Counted from the first letter of the stretch, positions 27,974 through 37,862 are shown. The stretch: 64,000 nt of DNA from Alphaproteobacteria bacterium (GCA_030431615.1 JAUIID010000002.1:565-64564); one strand, 5' to 3'. Program-made: numbers and translations. Notes: generated by a model not told the origin, from the letters alone.

Positions 27974-29365
27974 ATGACCTTCGTCGAGCTCCTGCCGATC
28001 TTCATGTTCGTTGCCCTCGGCGTTCTGCTCTTCTCCGGCTATCCGGTGGCGTTCATCCTCGGCGGCGTCGGCCTCGGCTTCGCGCTGCTCGGTGACATGC
28101 TCGGCGCGCTCAACTGGGCCCGCATGACCGTGCTGCCGAACCGCATCTATGGCGGCACGATGGAGAACCCGGTTCTCGTCGCCATCCCGATGTTCATCTT
28201 CATGGGCACGATGCTGGAGCGCTCCGGCGCTGCCGGCGACCTCCTGCACGCGCTGCAGGTGCTGACCCGCCGCGTGCCGGGCGGCCTTGCCCTCTCCGTC
28301 ACGCTGATGGGCACCATCATGGCGGCCACCACCGGCATCATCGGCGCCTCGGTCGTGATGATGACGCTGATGGCCCTGCCGGTGATGCAGGAGCGCGGCT
28401 ACAACCTGCCGCTCGCGACAGGCACCATCGCCGCCTCCGGCACGCTCGGCATCCTCATCCCGCCGTCGATCATGCTGGTCATCATGGCCGACCTGATGTC
28501 GATCCCGGTCGGCACCGTGTTCATCGCCGCGATCGTTCCGGGCCTCCTCCTCTCGGCCCTCTACTGCGTCTACATCTTCGTGATCTGCCACCTCCGGCCA
28601 AAGCTGGCGCCACCCCTGCCGGACGAGATCGGGCCGGACTCGCCGGGCGAGTACCTGACGATGCTGTTGCGCAGCTTCGTCCCGCCGGTGCTGCTCATCG
28701 TCGTCGTCCTCGGCTCGATCTTCGGCGGCATCGCCACGCCGACCGAGGCGGCCGGCGTGGGTGCGCTCGGCGCCACCCTGCTCGCCGTCTACAACCGCAA
28801 GCTCACCTGGGCGGTCCTGAAGGAGGTCTGCCATCGCTCGGCGCTGACCGGCGGCATGCTGTTCGGCATCTTCCTCGGCGCCACCTGCTTCAGCCTCGTC
28901 TTCCGCACGCTCGGCGGCGACGTCCTGATCGACGAATTCATCGCTGCCACCGGCGTCGGCCCCTGGGGCGTCATGCTCGTGATCATGGGCATGGTCTTCT
29001 TCCTGGGCTTCTTCTTCGACTGGATCGAGATCACGCTCATCGTGCTGCCGGTCTTCGGCCCGATCATCGCCGGCCTCGATTTCGGCGCCCACATGGTGGG
29101 CTTCGACGGCATTTCCGCCGATGCCGGCGTGGTGACGCTGGTCTGGTTCACGATCCTGCTCGCCACCAACCTGCAGACCAGCTTTTTGACACCACCCTTC
29201 GGCTTCGCCCTCTTCTACATGAAGGGCGTCGCACCGCCCGAGGTCACCATCCAGATGATCTACAAGGGCATCATCCCCTTCGTCCTGCTGCAGATCGTCG
29301 GCCTCGGGCTCTGCATCCTCTTCCCGTGGCTGGTGCTGGCTTTGCCGAACGCCGTGCTCGGCTGA
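27974..29365 (+). CDS. TRAP transporter large permease (DctM family)
   Basis: 463-aa polytopic protein with the motifs PMFIFMG, GTLGILIPPS and FGFALFYMKG. Confidence 0.92.
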   Translation: MTFVELLPIFMFVALGVLLFSGYPVAFILGGVGLGFALLGDMLGALNWARMTVLPNRIYGGTMENPVLVAIPMFIFMGTMLERSGAAGDLLHALQVLTRRVPGGLALSVTLMGTIMAATTGIIGASVVMMTLMALPVMQERGYNLPLATGTIAASGTLGILIPPSIMLVIMADLMSIPVGTVFIAAIVPGLLLSALYCVYIFVICHLRPKLAPPLPDEIGPDSPGEYLTMLLRSFVPPVLLIVVVLGSIFGGIATPTEAAGVGALGATLLAVYNRKLTWAVLKEVCHRSALTGGMLFGIFLGATCFSLVFRTLGGDVLIDEFIAATGVGPWGVMLVIMGMVFFLGFFFDWIEITLIVLPVFGPIIAGLDFGAHMVGFDGISADAGVVTLVWFTILLATNLQTSFLTPPFGFALFYMKGVAPPEVTIQMIYKGIIPFVLLQIVGLGLCILFPWLVLALPNAVLG

Positions 29366-29456
29366 AACGGCGGCAGCCGGGCCGCCCGACTAACCGGATG
29401 TTAAGAACCATCGCGCAAGCTGCGTGGCGATCCGGGCCACGTTCAGCGATGGTTTC

Positions 29457-30440
29457 ATGCGCCCACGTTTCCTTTGCATCGCAGCACTCTGCGTCGCCCT
29501 CGCCGCCTGCAGCGGTGCGGGGCCGGAGCTGACGGCGGCGGCGGACCGGCGGTCCCTGCCGGACGGGTCGCGATCGGCCTGTGGCGGCCGCTACGAGCGC
29601 GCGGCGCCAGTCGAGGTCCGGCCCGCCGCCACGCCCCTGGAATCCATTCGCCGTGCCTTTCGCGCTTTGCGTGTCTGGGGGGTGGCCGAGAACGTCCGCC
29701 TCGTGGCGGAGGCGGCGCATCCACAGCCGGCACTGGCGGTGCGCTACCCCGAAGGCTCCGTCGCACCCTCGAGTGCTGCTCCCAAAGGCGGTGCGGGATT
29801 CGTCAGCAGCTCCGGCCTGGAGGGGGGCGTCGAGGCGGCCTGCCTCAGCTACCGCCTGCGCTTCGCCGAGGGCTTCGCCTTCGCCAGGGGCGGCAAGCTG
29901 CCGGGGCTCTTCGGTGGCGACGGGCCGGTCGGCGGTGCCGCGGCCGATGCCGGGTTCTCGACCCGGCTGATGTGGCGGGAAGGGGGGCAGGGCGAGCTCT
30001 ACGCCTACCTGCCGGACCGTGGCGTCGCCCACGGCCTCAGCCTCGGGCGCGGTGCCTGGCGATTCCCGGTCGGGCGCTGGGTGGAGGTCGAGCAGGAGAT
30101 CGTGCTGAACGACCCCGGGGCCGCAAACGGCGTGGCCCGGGTCTGGATCGGCGGCGAGCTGCGGCTCGAGGCACCGGGGCTCGTCTTTCGCCATGCCGCG
30201 GATGTGCGCATCGAGGGGCTCATGTTCTCGACCTTCTTCGGTGGCCGGGATCCCGCCTGGGCCTCGCCCAGGGACCAGGAGGCGCTCTTCGCCGACTTCG
30301 CTATCCACCCGCCCGAGGGCGGGCGCTGGCATGAAGCGGGCGACGTACGCGCGGTTCCGACGGGCTCACGATCCCTTGTCACATCCGCCTTGCCGAAAGG
30401 CACAAGCTTCGCAAGCCGGCATTCTAGACAGCGCTCCTGA
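29457..30440 (+). CDS. lipoprotein with a polysaccharide-lyase (PL14-like) domain
   Basis: MRPRFLCIAALCVALAAC lipobox. GGKLPGLFGG....FSTRLMWREGGQGELYAYLP matches the remembered Polysacc_lyase/PL14 signature. Confidence 0.5.
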   Translation: MRPRFLCIAALCVALAACSGAGPELTAAADRRSLPDGSRSACGGRYERAAPVEVRPAATPLESIRRAFRALRVWGVAENVRLVAEAAHPQPALAVRYPEGSVAPSSAAPKGGAGFVSSSGLEGGVEAACLSYRLRFAEGFAFARGGKLPGLFGGDGPVGGAAADAGFSTRLMWREGGQGELYAYLPDRGVAHGLSLGRGAWRFPVGRWVEVEQEIVLNDPGAANGVARVWIGGELRLEAPGLVFRHAADVRIEGLMFSTFFGGRDPAWASPRDQEALFADFAIHPPEGGRWHEAGDVRAVPTGSRSLVTSALPKGTSFASRHSRQRS

Positions 30441-31521
30441 AGTCCAGCGTCATCAGGATGCCCCGTTGCTGCGGTCGCAGATCGTACTTGCCGCGGAGTT
30501 CCCGCGCGATCGTCTCGGAAACCTTCAGCCCCAGGCCAGGGCGCACGGGCGTCGACGGCTCGGGCAGGCCGACACCGTCATCCTGGTAGGAGACGCGCAC
30601 CTCGCCGTTCTCCTCGCCCTTCCTGATGCTGACGCGTATCGAACCGGGCTGGCCGTCCGGGAAGCCGTGCTTGAGCGAGTTGGAGATGCACTCGTTGACC
30701 AGGGTCCCGAGAGCGACCGCTTCGGCAGAGGAAACCTCCATGCTCTCCAGGTCGAAGTGCGGCGTCACATTGTCCGGCATGTTGGATGTGAAAATCGGCC
30801 GCAATCCGTCGAAGTAATCGCGTAGATCGATCACCGGGCCGGCATCGGTCCTGTACAGGACTTCATGCAGGCTGGCCGTAGCCTCGATGCGTGCCTGAAT
30901 GGACGAGAGGAAGCCGGCGGCCGTTCCGTCGGGCAGGCCCCGGCCCATGAGGCGCACATAGGATGCCAGGGACTGCAGCGAGTTCTTGACCCGATGGTCG
31001 ACCTCCTGGCGAAGCAGGGCGGCGTGGCGGAGCGATTTCCGCAAGTCGAGGCGTGCCATGACCTGCCGCGCGAGCACACGGAGCGTGTCGCGCTGAAGCC
31101 CCGTCAACGACTTCGGCTCGTAGTCGAGGACGCAGAGCGTCCCAAGCGGCATCCCGTCCCCGGTCCGCAGCAGGGCACCGGCGTAGAAGCGCAAGCCGGG
31201 GTCGCCACAGCACAGGGGATTGTCGATCATTCGTGGGTCGAGCAGCGTGTCACTGATCTCGACGAACTCCTGCTCGAGGATCACGTGCGAGCAGATCGAG
31301 GTCTCGAGCGGTGTCTCGCGCACCCCCAGGCCGACTTCCGCCTTGAACCACTGGCGGTCGGCGTCGATGAAGTTGATCACCGAGATCGCCGTCCCGCAGG
31401 TCGCGGCGGCGAGTGCCACGATCTCGTCGAATTCCGCTTCCTGGGTCGTGTCCAGGATCTCGAAGGAATACAGCGCCTTCAGCCGCTCTTCCTGCTTCGG
31501 ATGGGGCTTGGCGACTGCCAC
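30424..31521 (-). CDS. GAF domain sensor histidine kinase (HisKA_2 type)
   Basis: 365 aa. N-terminal GAF domain (..ISVINFIDADRQWFKAEVG..), H-box EVDHRVKNSLQSL, and an HATPase_c domain with N and G boxes (NSLKHGF; DDGVGLP). Confidence 0.88.
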   Translation of the reverse strand: MAVAKPHPKQEERLKALYSFEILDTTQEAEFDEIVALAAATCGTAISVINFIDADRQWFKAEVGLGVRETPLETSICSHVILEQEFVEISDTLLDPRMIDNPLCCGDPGLRFYAGALLRTGDGMPLGTLCVLDYEPKSLTGLQRDTLRVLARQVMARLDLRKSLRHAALLRQEVDHRVKNSLQSLASYVRLMGRGLPDGTAAGFLSSIQARIEATASLHEVLYRTDAGPVIDLRDYFDGLRPIFTSNMPDNVTPHFDLESMEVSSAEAVALGTLVNECISNSLKHGFPDGQPGSIRVSIRKGEENGEVRVSYQDDGVGLPEPSTPVRPGLGLKVSETIARELRGKYDLRPQQRGILMTLDFRSAV

Positions 31522-31629
31522 CTGACCGTTCTCTCATCTGATTGCCGCGGCTGCTCCGCGAGGGAGGTGCTGGAAAACTGCCCGATGACCGCGTCGTGAT
31601 CAAGGCGGCCCGCCCGGCGTCAAACGGAC

Positions 31630-32493
31630 TCAGGACGCCCGCGCGTCACTGCGCAGATTGAGCCAGATGCCGAGGAAGACGACCGCCGCTCCGATGAACG
31701 TCCAGGGAACGATCGGCTCGCCATAGAGGACGAGGCCGATCACCGCGATCATCGGCAGCCGGGCGAAATCCATCGGCAGCACGACCACGGCATCCGCAAC
31801 GGCGAGCGCGCGGTTCAGGCAGTAGTGGGCGCTGAGCCCGGCAACGGCGACACCGGCGATCGCCGGCGCCTGGGCCCAGGTGAGCGGTACCCATTGCGGG
31901 ATGGCGAACGGCAGGCAGAGCAGGGTCTGCACCAGGCACATCCAGAAGAGGATGCCCCAGGGCCGGTCGGTGCCGAGCAGCTTCTTGGTCATCGCGTTGG
32001 TGATGCCGAAGGAGAGGGCGGCGGCCACGATGGTGAAGATGGCCGGGTCGAACGCACCGATGCCCGGGCGGACGATGATCAGCACCCCGATGAAGCCCAG
32101 CGCCATGGCGAGCTTGCGGCCCCGGTTCAGCCGTTCGCCGAGCAGCAGGACCGCGGTGAGCGCACCCCAGATGGGCGAGGTGAACTCGACGGCGAAGACG
32201 ATCGCGAGCGGCAGCCAGGCAATGGCGAGGATCCAGAGCACCTGGCCGATGAAATGCACCGAATGGCGGACCAGCTGCAGGACGGGCTGGCAGGAGCGCA
32301 GGACGGCCGGGTCGGTGCGGGCGATGAAGAGGCCGATGAAGGCAACGCCGAAGAGGTTGCGCATCAGGAGGATCTGGAAGGGGCTCATGACGGAAGTGAG
32401 CTCGCGCGCGGCCACCGCCATGACGGTGAACGAGACCATCGAGCCGAACATCCAGCCGGCGGCGCGCAGTGTCGGGCGAGGGATCTCCACCAT
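31630..32493 (-). CDS. DMT superfamily (EamA-like) transporter
   Basis: 287 aa, about 10 TM helices, duplicated EamA-like halves. Confidence 0.8.
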   Translation of the reverse strand: MVEIPRPTLRAAGWMFGSMVSFTVMAVAARELTSVMSPFQILLMRNLFGVAFIGLFIARTDPAVLRSCQPVLQLVRHSVHFIGQVLWILAIAWLPLAIVFAVEFTSPIWGALTAVLLLGERLNRGRKLAMALGFIGVLIIVRPGIGAFDPAIFTIVAAALSFGITNAMTKKLLGTDRPWGILFWMCLVQTLLCLPFAIPQWVPLTWAQAPAIAGVAVAGLSAHYCLNRALAVADAVVVLPMDFARLPMIAVIGLVLYGEPIVPWTFIGAAVVFLGIWLNLRSDARAS

Positions 32494-32517
32494 GCAGCCT
32501 GCCGGTCTCGCCGCCGG

Positions 32518-33732
32518 TCAGTCCACCTGGGGAATGGCGAGCCGTTCGACCACGGGCTCGGGGAGATTCGGGCGAGGGGCGTTGCGGACCAGCTCGCGAT
32601 AGACGGCGATGGTGCGTCTGGCACTCTGCTCGGTGCCGTATTCGCGGGTGACGAAGGAGCGGGCGCGCTCGGCGAGGCGCTCCAGCGTCGGCTTCTCCAT
32701 GGCGAGCGCCCGGTCGAGCGACCAGGCCAGCTCGTCGATGTCGTCCGGCGCCACGAGCCAGCCCGTGGCGGCCGGCAGCACGGCCTCGCCGAGGGCACCG
32801 ACATTGCCGAGGATGACGGGCTTGCCCATCGCCTGGGCCTCGATCGCCGGGACCGCGCCGATGTCGGTGGCGTCGGCGGCGGCAGGCATGACGACGAGGT
32901 CGGCGAGCGCATAGGCGGCCGGCAGGTCGTCGCCGCCGCTGGCGAAGTGCACCCGCTTGGCGAGGCCGGAGCTGCGCACCGTGCCTTCCAGCTCGCGCAC
33001 GTAAGCGTCGGCGGGATCGAGGTCGCCCAGGATCAGCAGCACGAAATCGTCGCGGGCGAGGCGCTGCATGGCCTCCAGCATCGCCAGATGGCCGCGGCCA
33101 CGGACGACCCGGCCGGGCAGGAGGACGATCCGCCGGTCCAGCCCGAGCTGCCAGCGCTCGTTGAGCTTCGCCATGCGATGGCCGCGCATCTTCGCGGGAT
33201 CGAAGGCATCGAGGTCGATGCCTTGGCGGACGATGCGCAGCCTTGCCGGCTCGACGTCGTAGGTCCGGCTGATGTGCTCGGCGAGGTACTCCGAGCTGGC
33301 GATGATCCTGGCGCCCTGGGCGAGGACCGCGTTGTAGCGCTTCTTGAGGCCGCCCTCGCCGCCCGAATAGGCGGTCTCGAAGCTGGTGACGAAGGCGGCA
33401 CCGGCACGCTTGGCGGCGAAGCTGGCGCTCCAGGCGGCGGCCCGGCTGTGGGCGTGGACCAGCTCGACCTTGTGCTCGCGGATCGCCTTCATCAGCTTGG
33501 CGATGTTGGTCGAGAGCGTGAGCGGGTTGCTGCTCTCGATCGAGGCCGTGACATGGGCGCTGCCGTGGGCGACCAGCTCGCGTTCGAGCGGGCCGCCCGC
33601 CGAGGCGACGCAGGAGCGCCAGCCTTCGGCCACGAGGAGCTTCGCGGTCGCCAGGATGGACCGGGCGGCGGCACCTTCCTCGAGGTTCGGCACGACTTGC
33701 AGGATGCCTGGTCGAATGGCGCTGATGCTCAA
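32518..33732 (-). CDS. glycosyltransferase family 4 (GT-B)
   Basis: 404 aa. Begins ILQVVPNLEEGAAARS... and carries the C-terminal GT1/GT4 motif ..PAAADATDIGAVPAIEAQAMGKPVI. Confidence 0.85.
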   Translation of the reverse strand: MSISAIRPGILQVVPNLEEGAAARSILATAKLLVAEGWRSCVASAGGPLERELVAHGSAHVTASIESSNPLTLSTNIAKLMKAIREHKVELVHAHSRAAAWSASFAAKRAGAAFVTSFETAYSGGEGGLKKRYNAVLAQGARIIASSEYLAEHISRTYDVEPARLRIVRQGIDLDAFDPAKMRGHRMAKLNERWQLGLDRRIVLLPGRVVRGRGHLAMLEAMQRLARDDFVLLILGDLDPADAYVRELEGTVRSSGLAKRVHFASGGDDLPAAYALADLVVMPAAADATDIGAVPAIEAQAMGKPVILGNVGALGEAVLPAATGWLVAPDDIDELAWSLDRALAMEKPTLERLAERARSFVTREYGTEQSARRTIAVYRELVRNAPRPNLPEPVVERLAIPQVD

Positions 33733-33848
33733 GGTCGCTCGCCCCGGACTGGTGGCGCCGCCCGCGACCGGGGTGGGGCAGCTCGACGGGTTCTGCTAGC
33801 AGATGTCTGGTTGGCGCAAAAGTGCAGGCGCGCAATCAGGAGGTGAAG

Positions 33849-34598
33849 ATGCAGCGACTGGAGCTGGGCGGGGCGGGCCACCTCGCCTTCTGCCGGACGC
33901 CCGGCAGCAGCCCCGAGGTCATGTTCCTCGGCGGGTTCGCCTCGGACATGACCGGGACCAAGGCCCTGCATCTCGAGGCGCATTGCCGGAGCGCTGGCCG
34001 CGCCTTCACCCGCTTCGACTATCGCGGCCACGGCGCCTCCTCCGGCCGGTTCGAGGACGGCACGATCGGCGACTGGGGGGTGGACGCGACGGCCGTGCTG
34101 GACCGGGTGGTGGAGGGGCCGGCCGTGCTGGTCGGCTCGAGCATGGGTGGCTGGATTATGCTGCTCCTGGCGCTGGCCCGGCCGGAGCGGGTGAAGGGCC
34201 TCGTCGGCATCGCCTCGGCCCCCGATTTCACCGAGCGCCTGCTCCGCCCGAGCCTTTCGGCCGAGGCCCTGGCCGAGCTGCGCGATCACGGTGTCCACCG
34301 GCGCCCCTCGGCCTATGGCGAGCCCCTGCCGATCAGGGCCCGGCTGCTCGACGAGGGGCGGGAGCATCTCCTGCTCGACGCCCCGATCGCCATTGGCTGC
34401 CCGGTCCACCTGCTGCACGGTCAGGCGGACCCGGACGTGCCATGGCAGCTCAGCCTCGAGCTGGCCGGCAGGCTGGCGAGCCGGCAGGTGACCCTCGAGC
34501 TGGTCAAGGACGGCGACCACCGCCTGTCGCGCGAGTTGGACCCTCGACGCATCGCCCTCGCCCTCGACCGCGTGCTCGAGGTGGCGAGCCTGACCTGA
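33849..34598 (+). CDS. alpha/beta hydrolase
   Basis: AGGAGG RBS before the ATG. Nucleophile elbow VGSSMGG, with later D and H (GDHRL). Confidence 0.85.
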   Translation: MQRLELGGAGHLAFCRTPGSSPEVMFLGGFASDMTGTKALHLEAHCRSAGRAFTRFDYRGHGASSGRFEDGTIGDWGVDATAVLDRVVEGPAVLVGSSMGGWIMLLLALARPERVKGLVGIASAPDFTERLLRPSLSAEALAELRDHGVHRRPSAYGEPLPIRARLLDEGREHLLLDAPIAIGCPVHLLHGQADPDVPWQLSLELAGRLASRQVTLELVKDGDHRLSRELDPRRIALALDRVLEVASLT

Positions 34599-34625
34599 CC
34601 CAAAATGACGCGAGGTGACCCGACC

Positions 34626-35246
34626 ATGAGCGACGAGCTGATCTTCTACACCAACCCGATGTCCCGGGGCCGCATCGTGCGGTGGATGCTCGAGGAGATC
34701 GGCGAGCCCTACCGCACGGAGATCGTGGACTACGGCCCGGCCATGCGCTCGCCCGATTATCTGGCGCTGAACCCGATGGGCAAGGTGCCGATGGTCCGTC
34801 GCGGCAAGGCGGTCGTCACCGAGGCGGCGGCCATCTGCGCCTGGCTCGCCGATGTCTTTCCCGCCGCCGGACTCGCTCCCGAACCCGCTGACCGGGCCGC
34901 CTATTACCGCTGGCTCTTCTTCGGCGCCGGCCCGGTCGAGGCGGCCGGCTCCGCCACGTCGCTGGGCTTCGAGCCCACGAGCCCCGACCAGCAGCGCCAG
35001 GTCGGCTTCGGCAGCCTCACGCGGGTGACCGACACGCTGGAGCGGGCAGTGGGCGAGGCACCCTATCTCGCCGGCGACCGCTTCTCGGCGGCCGACGTCT
35101 ATCTCGGCTCGTTGATCGGCTGGGCGTACGAGTTCGGCCCAATGGAGCCGCGCCCGGCTCTCAGGCACTATGTCGATCGCATCCGCGACCGCGAGGCCTA
35201 TCGGCGGGCCAAGGCGATCGACGACGCGGCGGCGCCCTCAGCCTGA
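34626..35246 (+). CDS. glutathione S-transferase family protein
   Basis: 206 aa. N-terminal thioredoxin-like region (..NPMGKVPM..G..V.E..AI..) and a C-terminal helical domain. Confidence 0.8.
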   Translation: MSDELIFYTNPMSRGRIVRWMLEEIGEPYRTEIVDYGPAMRSPDYLALNPMGKVPMVRRGKAVVTEAAAICAWLADVFPAAGLAPEPADRAAYYRWLFFGAGPVEAAGSATSLGFEPTSPDQQRQVGFGSLTRVTDTLERAVGEAPYLAGDRFSAADVYLGSLIGWAYEFGPMEPRPALRHYVDRIRDREAYRRAKAIDDAAAPSA

Positions 35247-36116
35247 CGCGCCAGGCTCCCCGTCGACGGCGAGCAGGGCCAGGAGCCCCTCGCGATAGGT
35301 GGGAAAGGCGAGCCGCACGCCGAGCTCGAGCTTGATCCGGGCATTCCGCACGCGCCGGTTGTCCTCGTAGAACGTCCGCGCCATGGGCGAGAGCTCGGCC
35401 GTGGCGAAGTCCTGCTCTGCCGGCGGCTCGACCCCCATGAGCTCGGCGGCGTGCGCCACCACGTCCTGCGGCGGCGCCGGCTCGTCGTCGCAGACATTGT
35501 AGATCTGGCCCGGATGGGGGCGGGCGATGGAGGCCTCGAGCACCGTCGCGATGTCCTCGACATGGATGCGCGAGAAGACCTGGCCGGGCTTGACGATGCG
35601 CCGGGCGGTGCCGGCCCTGAGGTTGACGAAGGGATTGCGGCCCGGGCCGTAGATGCCGGCGAGGCGGAAGACATGCGCCGGCAGGCCGCTCTCCAGCCAT
35701 TGCGCCTCGGCCCGCGCCCGGCGCTCGGCACGCGGCAGCGAGGGCTCGATCGGCATGGTCTCGTCGACCCAGTCGCCGCCCCGGTCGCCATAGACCGCCG
35801 TGGTGCCGAGATAGCCGGCCCAGGCGAGGCCGCAGCGCCCGAGCTCGGCCTGGTGCATGTCGAGGACCAGATCGCCCGCCTCGTCCGGGGCGATCGAGGT
35901 GAGCACATGGGTGACGCCCGCGAAGGCGGTATCGGGCAAAGATGTGCCGCGCTCGAAGGGGTGCATGGTGTACCCCCTCGCTTCCAGCTCGCGGCGCTTC
36001 TCGGCCTGGCGCGAGGTGCCAACGATCCGCCAGCCCTGGCCCAGGAGTCGCTGGGCCAGCACGTCCGCCGAGTAGCCGAGGCCGAAGCAGAGCAGGGTCG
36101 GGGCTATCTCAGCCAT
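35238..36116 (-). CDS. NAD(P)-binding SDR/epimerase-like protein (atypical)
   Basis: 292 aa from an internal ATG. LLCFGLGYSADVL..., IYGPGR and IHVEDIA are typical of an alphaproteobacterial atypical SDR family. Its start overlaps the queG stop by 13 nt. Confidence 0.7.
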   Translation of the reverse strand: MAEIAPTLLCFGLGYSADVLAQRLLGQGWRIVGTSRQAEKRRELEARGYTMHPFERGTSLPDTAFAGVTHVLTSIAPDEAGDLVLDMHQAELGRCGLAWAGYLGTTAVYGDRGGDWVDETMPIEPSLPRAERRARAEAQWLESGLPAHVFRLAGIYGPGRNPFVNLRAGTARRIVKPGQVFSRIHVEDIATVLEASIARPHPGQIYNVCDDEPAPPQDVVAHAAELMGVEPPAEQDFATAELSPMARTFYEDNRRVRNARIKLELGVRLAFPTYREGLLALLAVDGEPGASG

Positions 36117-37219
36117 TCGTCTCGCACCTCCGGGTCGGCTTCGCTGGCAAGATGGGCGGCGCGCTGTCGCTCGACCACCGCCTCGGCAGCCAGCCGCCGA
36201 AGCGCCCAAACGGCGGCACCGCGCACCAGCGGCGACGCCTCGCCGAGGAGTACCTCGAGCCGCGGCACGAGGCGGTTGTCGCCGCTGTTGCCGGCAGCGA
36301 TCAGGACATTGCGCAGGAACCGGTCGCGGCCGATCCGCTTGACGGGCGAGCCCGCAAAGAGCTGGCGAAAGACGGCATCGTCGAGAGCAAGGAGCACGTC
36401 CAGGCGGGGGGCCACCAGCTCGTCGCGCGCCTGCAGCTTCGCCTCACGGGCCTCGATGGCGAACTTGTTCCAGGGGCAGACGGCGAGGCAGTCGTCGCAG
36501 CCATAGATGCGGTTGCCCATGGGTGCGCGGAACTCGTGCGGGATCGGCCCCTTGTGCTCGATCGTCAGATAGGAGAGGCAGCGCCTTGCATCGAGCTCGT
36601 AGGCCTTGGGGAAGGCCCCGGTCGGGCAGATATCGAGGCAGCGGCGACAGGCGCCGCAATGGTCGGTCTCCGGCGCGTCGACGGCCAGCTCGGCGGTGGT
36701 CAGGATCGAGCCCAAAAAGAGCCAGGAGCCGAAGCGGCGCGAGACGAGATTGGTGTGCTTGCCCTGCCAGCCGAGCCCGGCCTGGTGTGCCAGTGGCTTC
36801 TCCATCAGCGGTGCCGTGTCGACGAAGACCTTGACCTCCGCACCGGTCGAGCGCTGCAGCCAGCCGGCGAGCTCCTTCAGCCGGCCCTTGATGACATCGT
36901 GATAGTCGCGGTTCTGCGCATAGACCGAGATCGCGGCCCGGTCCTTCAGGGCCAGCACCGCCAGGGGATCGTGGGCGGGCCCGTAGTTCATGGCGAGCAG
37001 GATGGCGGTTCGTGCCGCCGGCCACATGCCGCCCGGTTGAGCGCGACGCTCGGGATCGCGGGCGAGCCAGTCCATCGTGCCGTGCCGGCCTTTGGCGATG
37101 AAGTCGCGATAGGCCGCCTCGGCCGCCTTCGGCACCTCGGCACGAGTGATCCGAAGATCGGCGAAGCCGAGGCCGAGTGCGCGCTCTCTGAGCTCTTCAG
37201 AAGTCGAGGTCGTCGTAAT
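36104..37219 (-). CDS. queG: epoxyqueuosine reductase
   Basis: CGACRRCLDICPTGAF and CDDCLAVCPWN ferredoxin motifs with C-terminal HEAT-like repeats. The track starts the ORF at GTG 37135, but the conserved N-terminus (SEELRERALGLGFADLRITRAE) continues in-frame upstream with no ATG/GTG/TTG. The start is therefore set provisionally at ATT 37219. Confidence 0.85.
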   Translation of the reverse strand: MTTTSTSEELRERALGLGFADLRITRAEVPKAAEAAYRDFIAKGRHGTMDWLARDPERRAQPGGMWPAARTAILLAMNYGPAHDPLAVLALKDRAAISVYAQNRDYHDVIKGRLKELAGWLQRSTGAEVKVFVDTAPLMEKPLAHQAGLGWQGKHTNLVSRRFGSWLFLGSILTTAELAVDAPETDHCGACRRCLDICPTGAFPKAYELDARRCLSYLTIEHKGPIPHEFRAPMGNRIYGCDDCLAVCPWNKFAIEAREAKLQARDELVAPRLDVLLALDDAVFRQLFAGSPVKRIGRDRFLRNVLIAAGNSGDNRLVPRLEVLLGEASPLVRGAAVWALRRLAAEAVVERQRAAHLASEADPEVRDEWLR

Positions 37220-37862
37220 GCACCGGTGGCTTGATGCTGGTGATCCGGTCCATGAGCAGCGGCCGGAAGGCGGGCCGCGACTTGACCTTGGCGTACCAGT
37301 CGCGTGCCGCGGAGGAGGTCTCCCAGGGCACGTCGCCGAGATAGTCGAGGACCGAGATATGGGCCGCTGCCGTGAGATCGGCCAGCGTCATGACATCGCC
37401 GGCGAGCCAGCGGCGGTCCTCGTAGAGATAGCCGATATAGGCGAGATGGCCGCGGATGTTGGCGGCACCGGCGCGGAGCGCCTCCGAGCTCGGCGTGCCG
37501 TTGCGCTTCAGCCGGCGCAGCAGCTTCTCGCCCCAGAGGAGGTCGGTGACCTCGCGGCGGAACTTGACGTCGAACCAGGCGACCAGCCGCCGCGTCTCGT
37601 CGCGCTGGGCCTGGGTCTCGCCCAGGAGGTCGGGCTCCGGGTGGGTCTCGTGCAGGTGGTCGCAAATGGCAGCACTGTCCACGACCACGGCATCGTCGTC
37701 GACCAGCACCGGCACCTCGGCCGCGGCATTGAGCTCGAGGAACGACGCCTCGCGCCGCCAGGGCTCGATCTCGACCAGCTCGGCCGCGAGATTCTTCTCG
37801 CGCAGCACCAGTCGGATCTTGCGCGAGAAGGGACAGAGCGGCTGGTGATAGAGGCGGAGCAT
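37197..37862 (-). CDS. glutathione S-transferase-like protein (CPFS motif)
   Basis: 221 aa. MLRLYHQPLCPFSRKIRLVL... is a thioredoxin-fold N-domain, followed by a GST C-domain. Confidence 0.8.
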   Translation of the reverse strand: MLRLYHQPLCPFSRKIRLVLREKNLAAELVEIEPWRREASFLELNAAAEVPVLVDDDAVVVDSAAICDHLHETHPEPDLLGETQAQRDETRRLVAWFDVKFRREVTDLLWGEKLLRRLKRNGTPSSEALRAGAANIRGHLAYIGYLYEDRRWLAGDVMTLADLTAAAHISVLDYLGDVPWETSSAARDWYAKVKSRPAFRPLLMDRITSIKPPVHYDDLDF

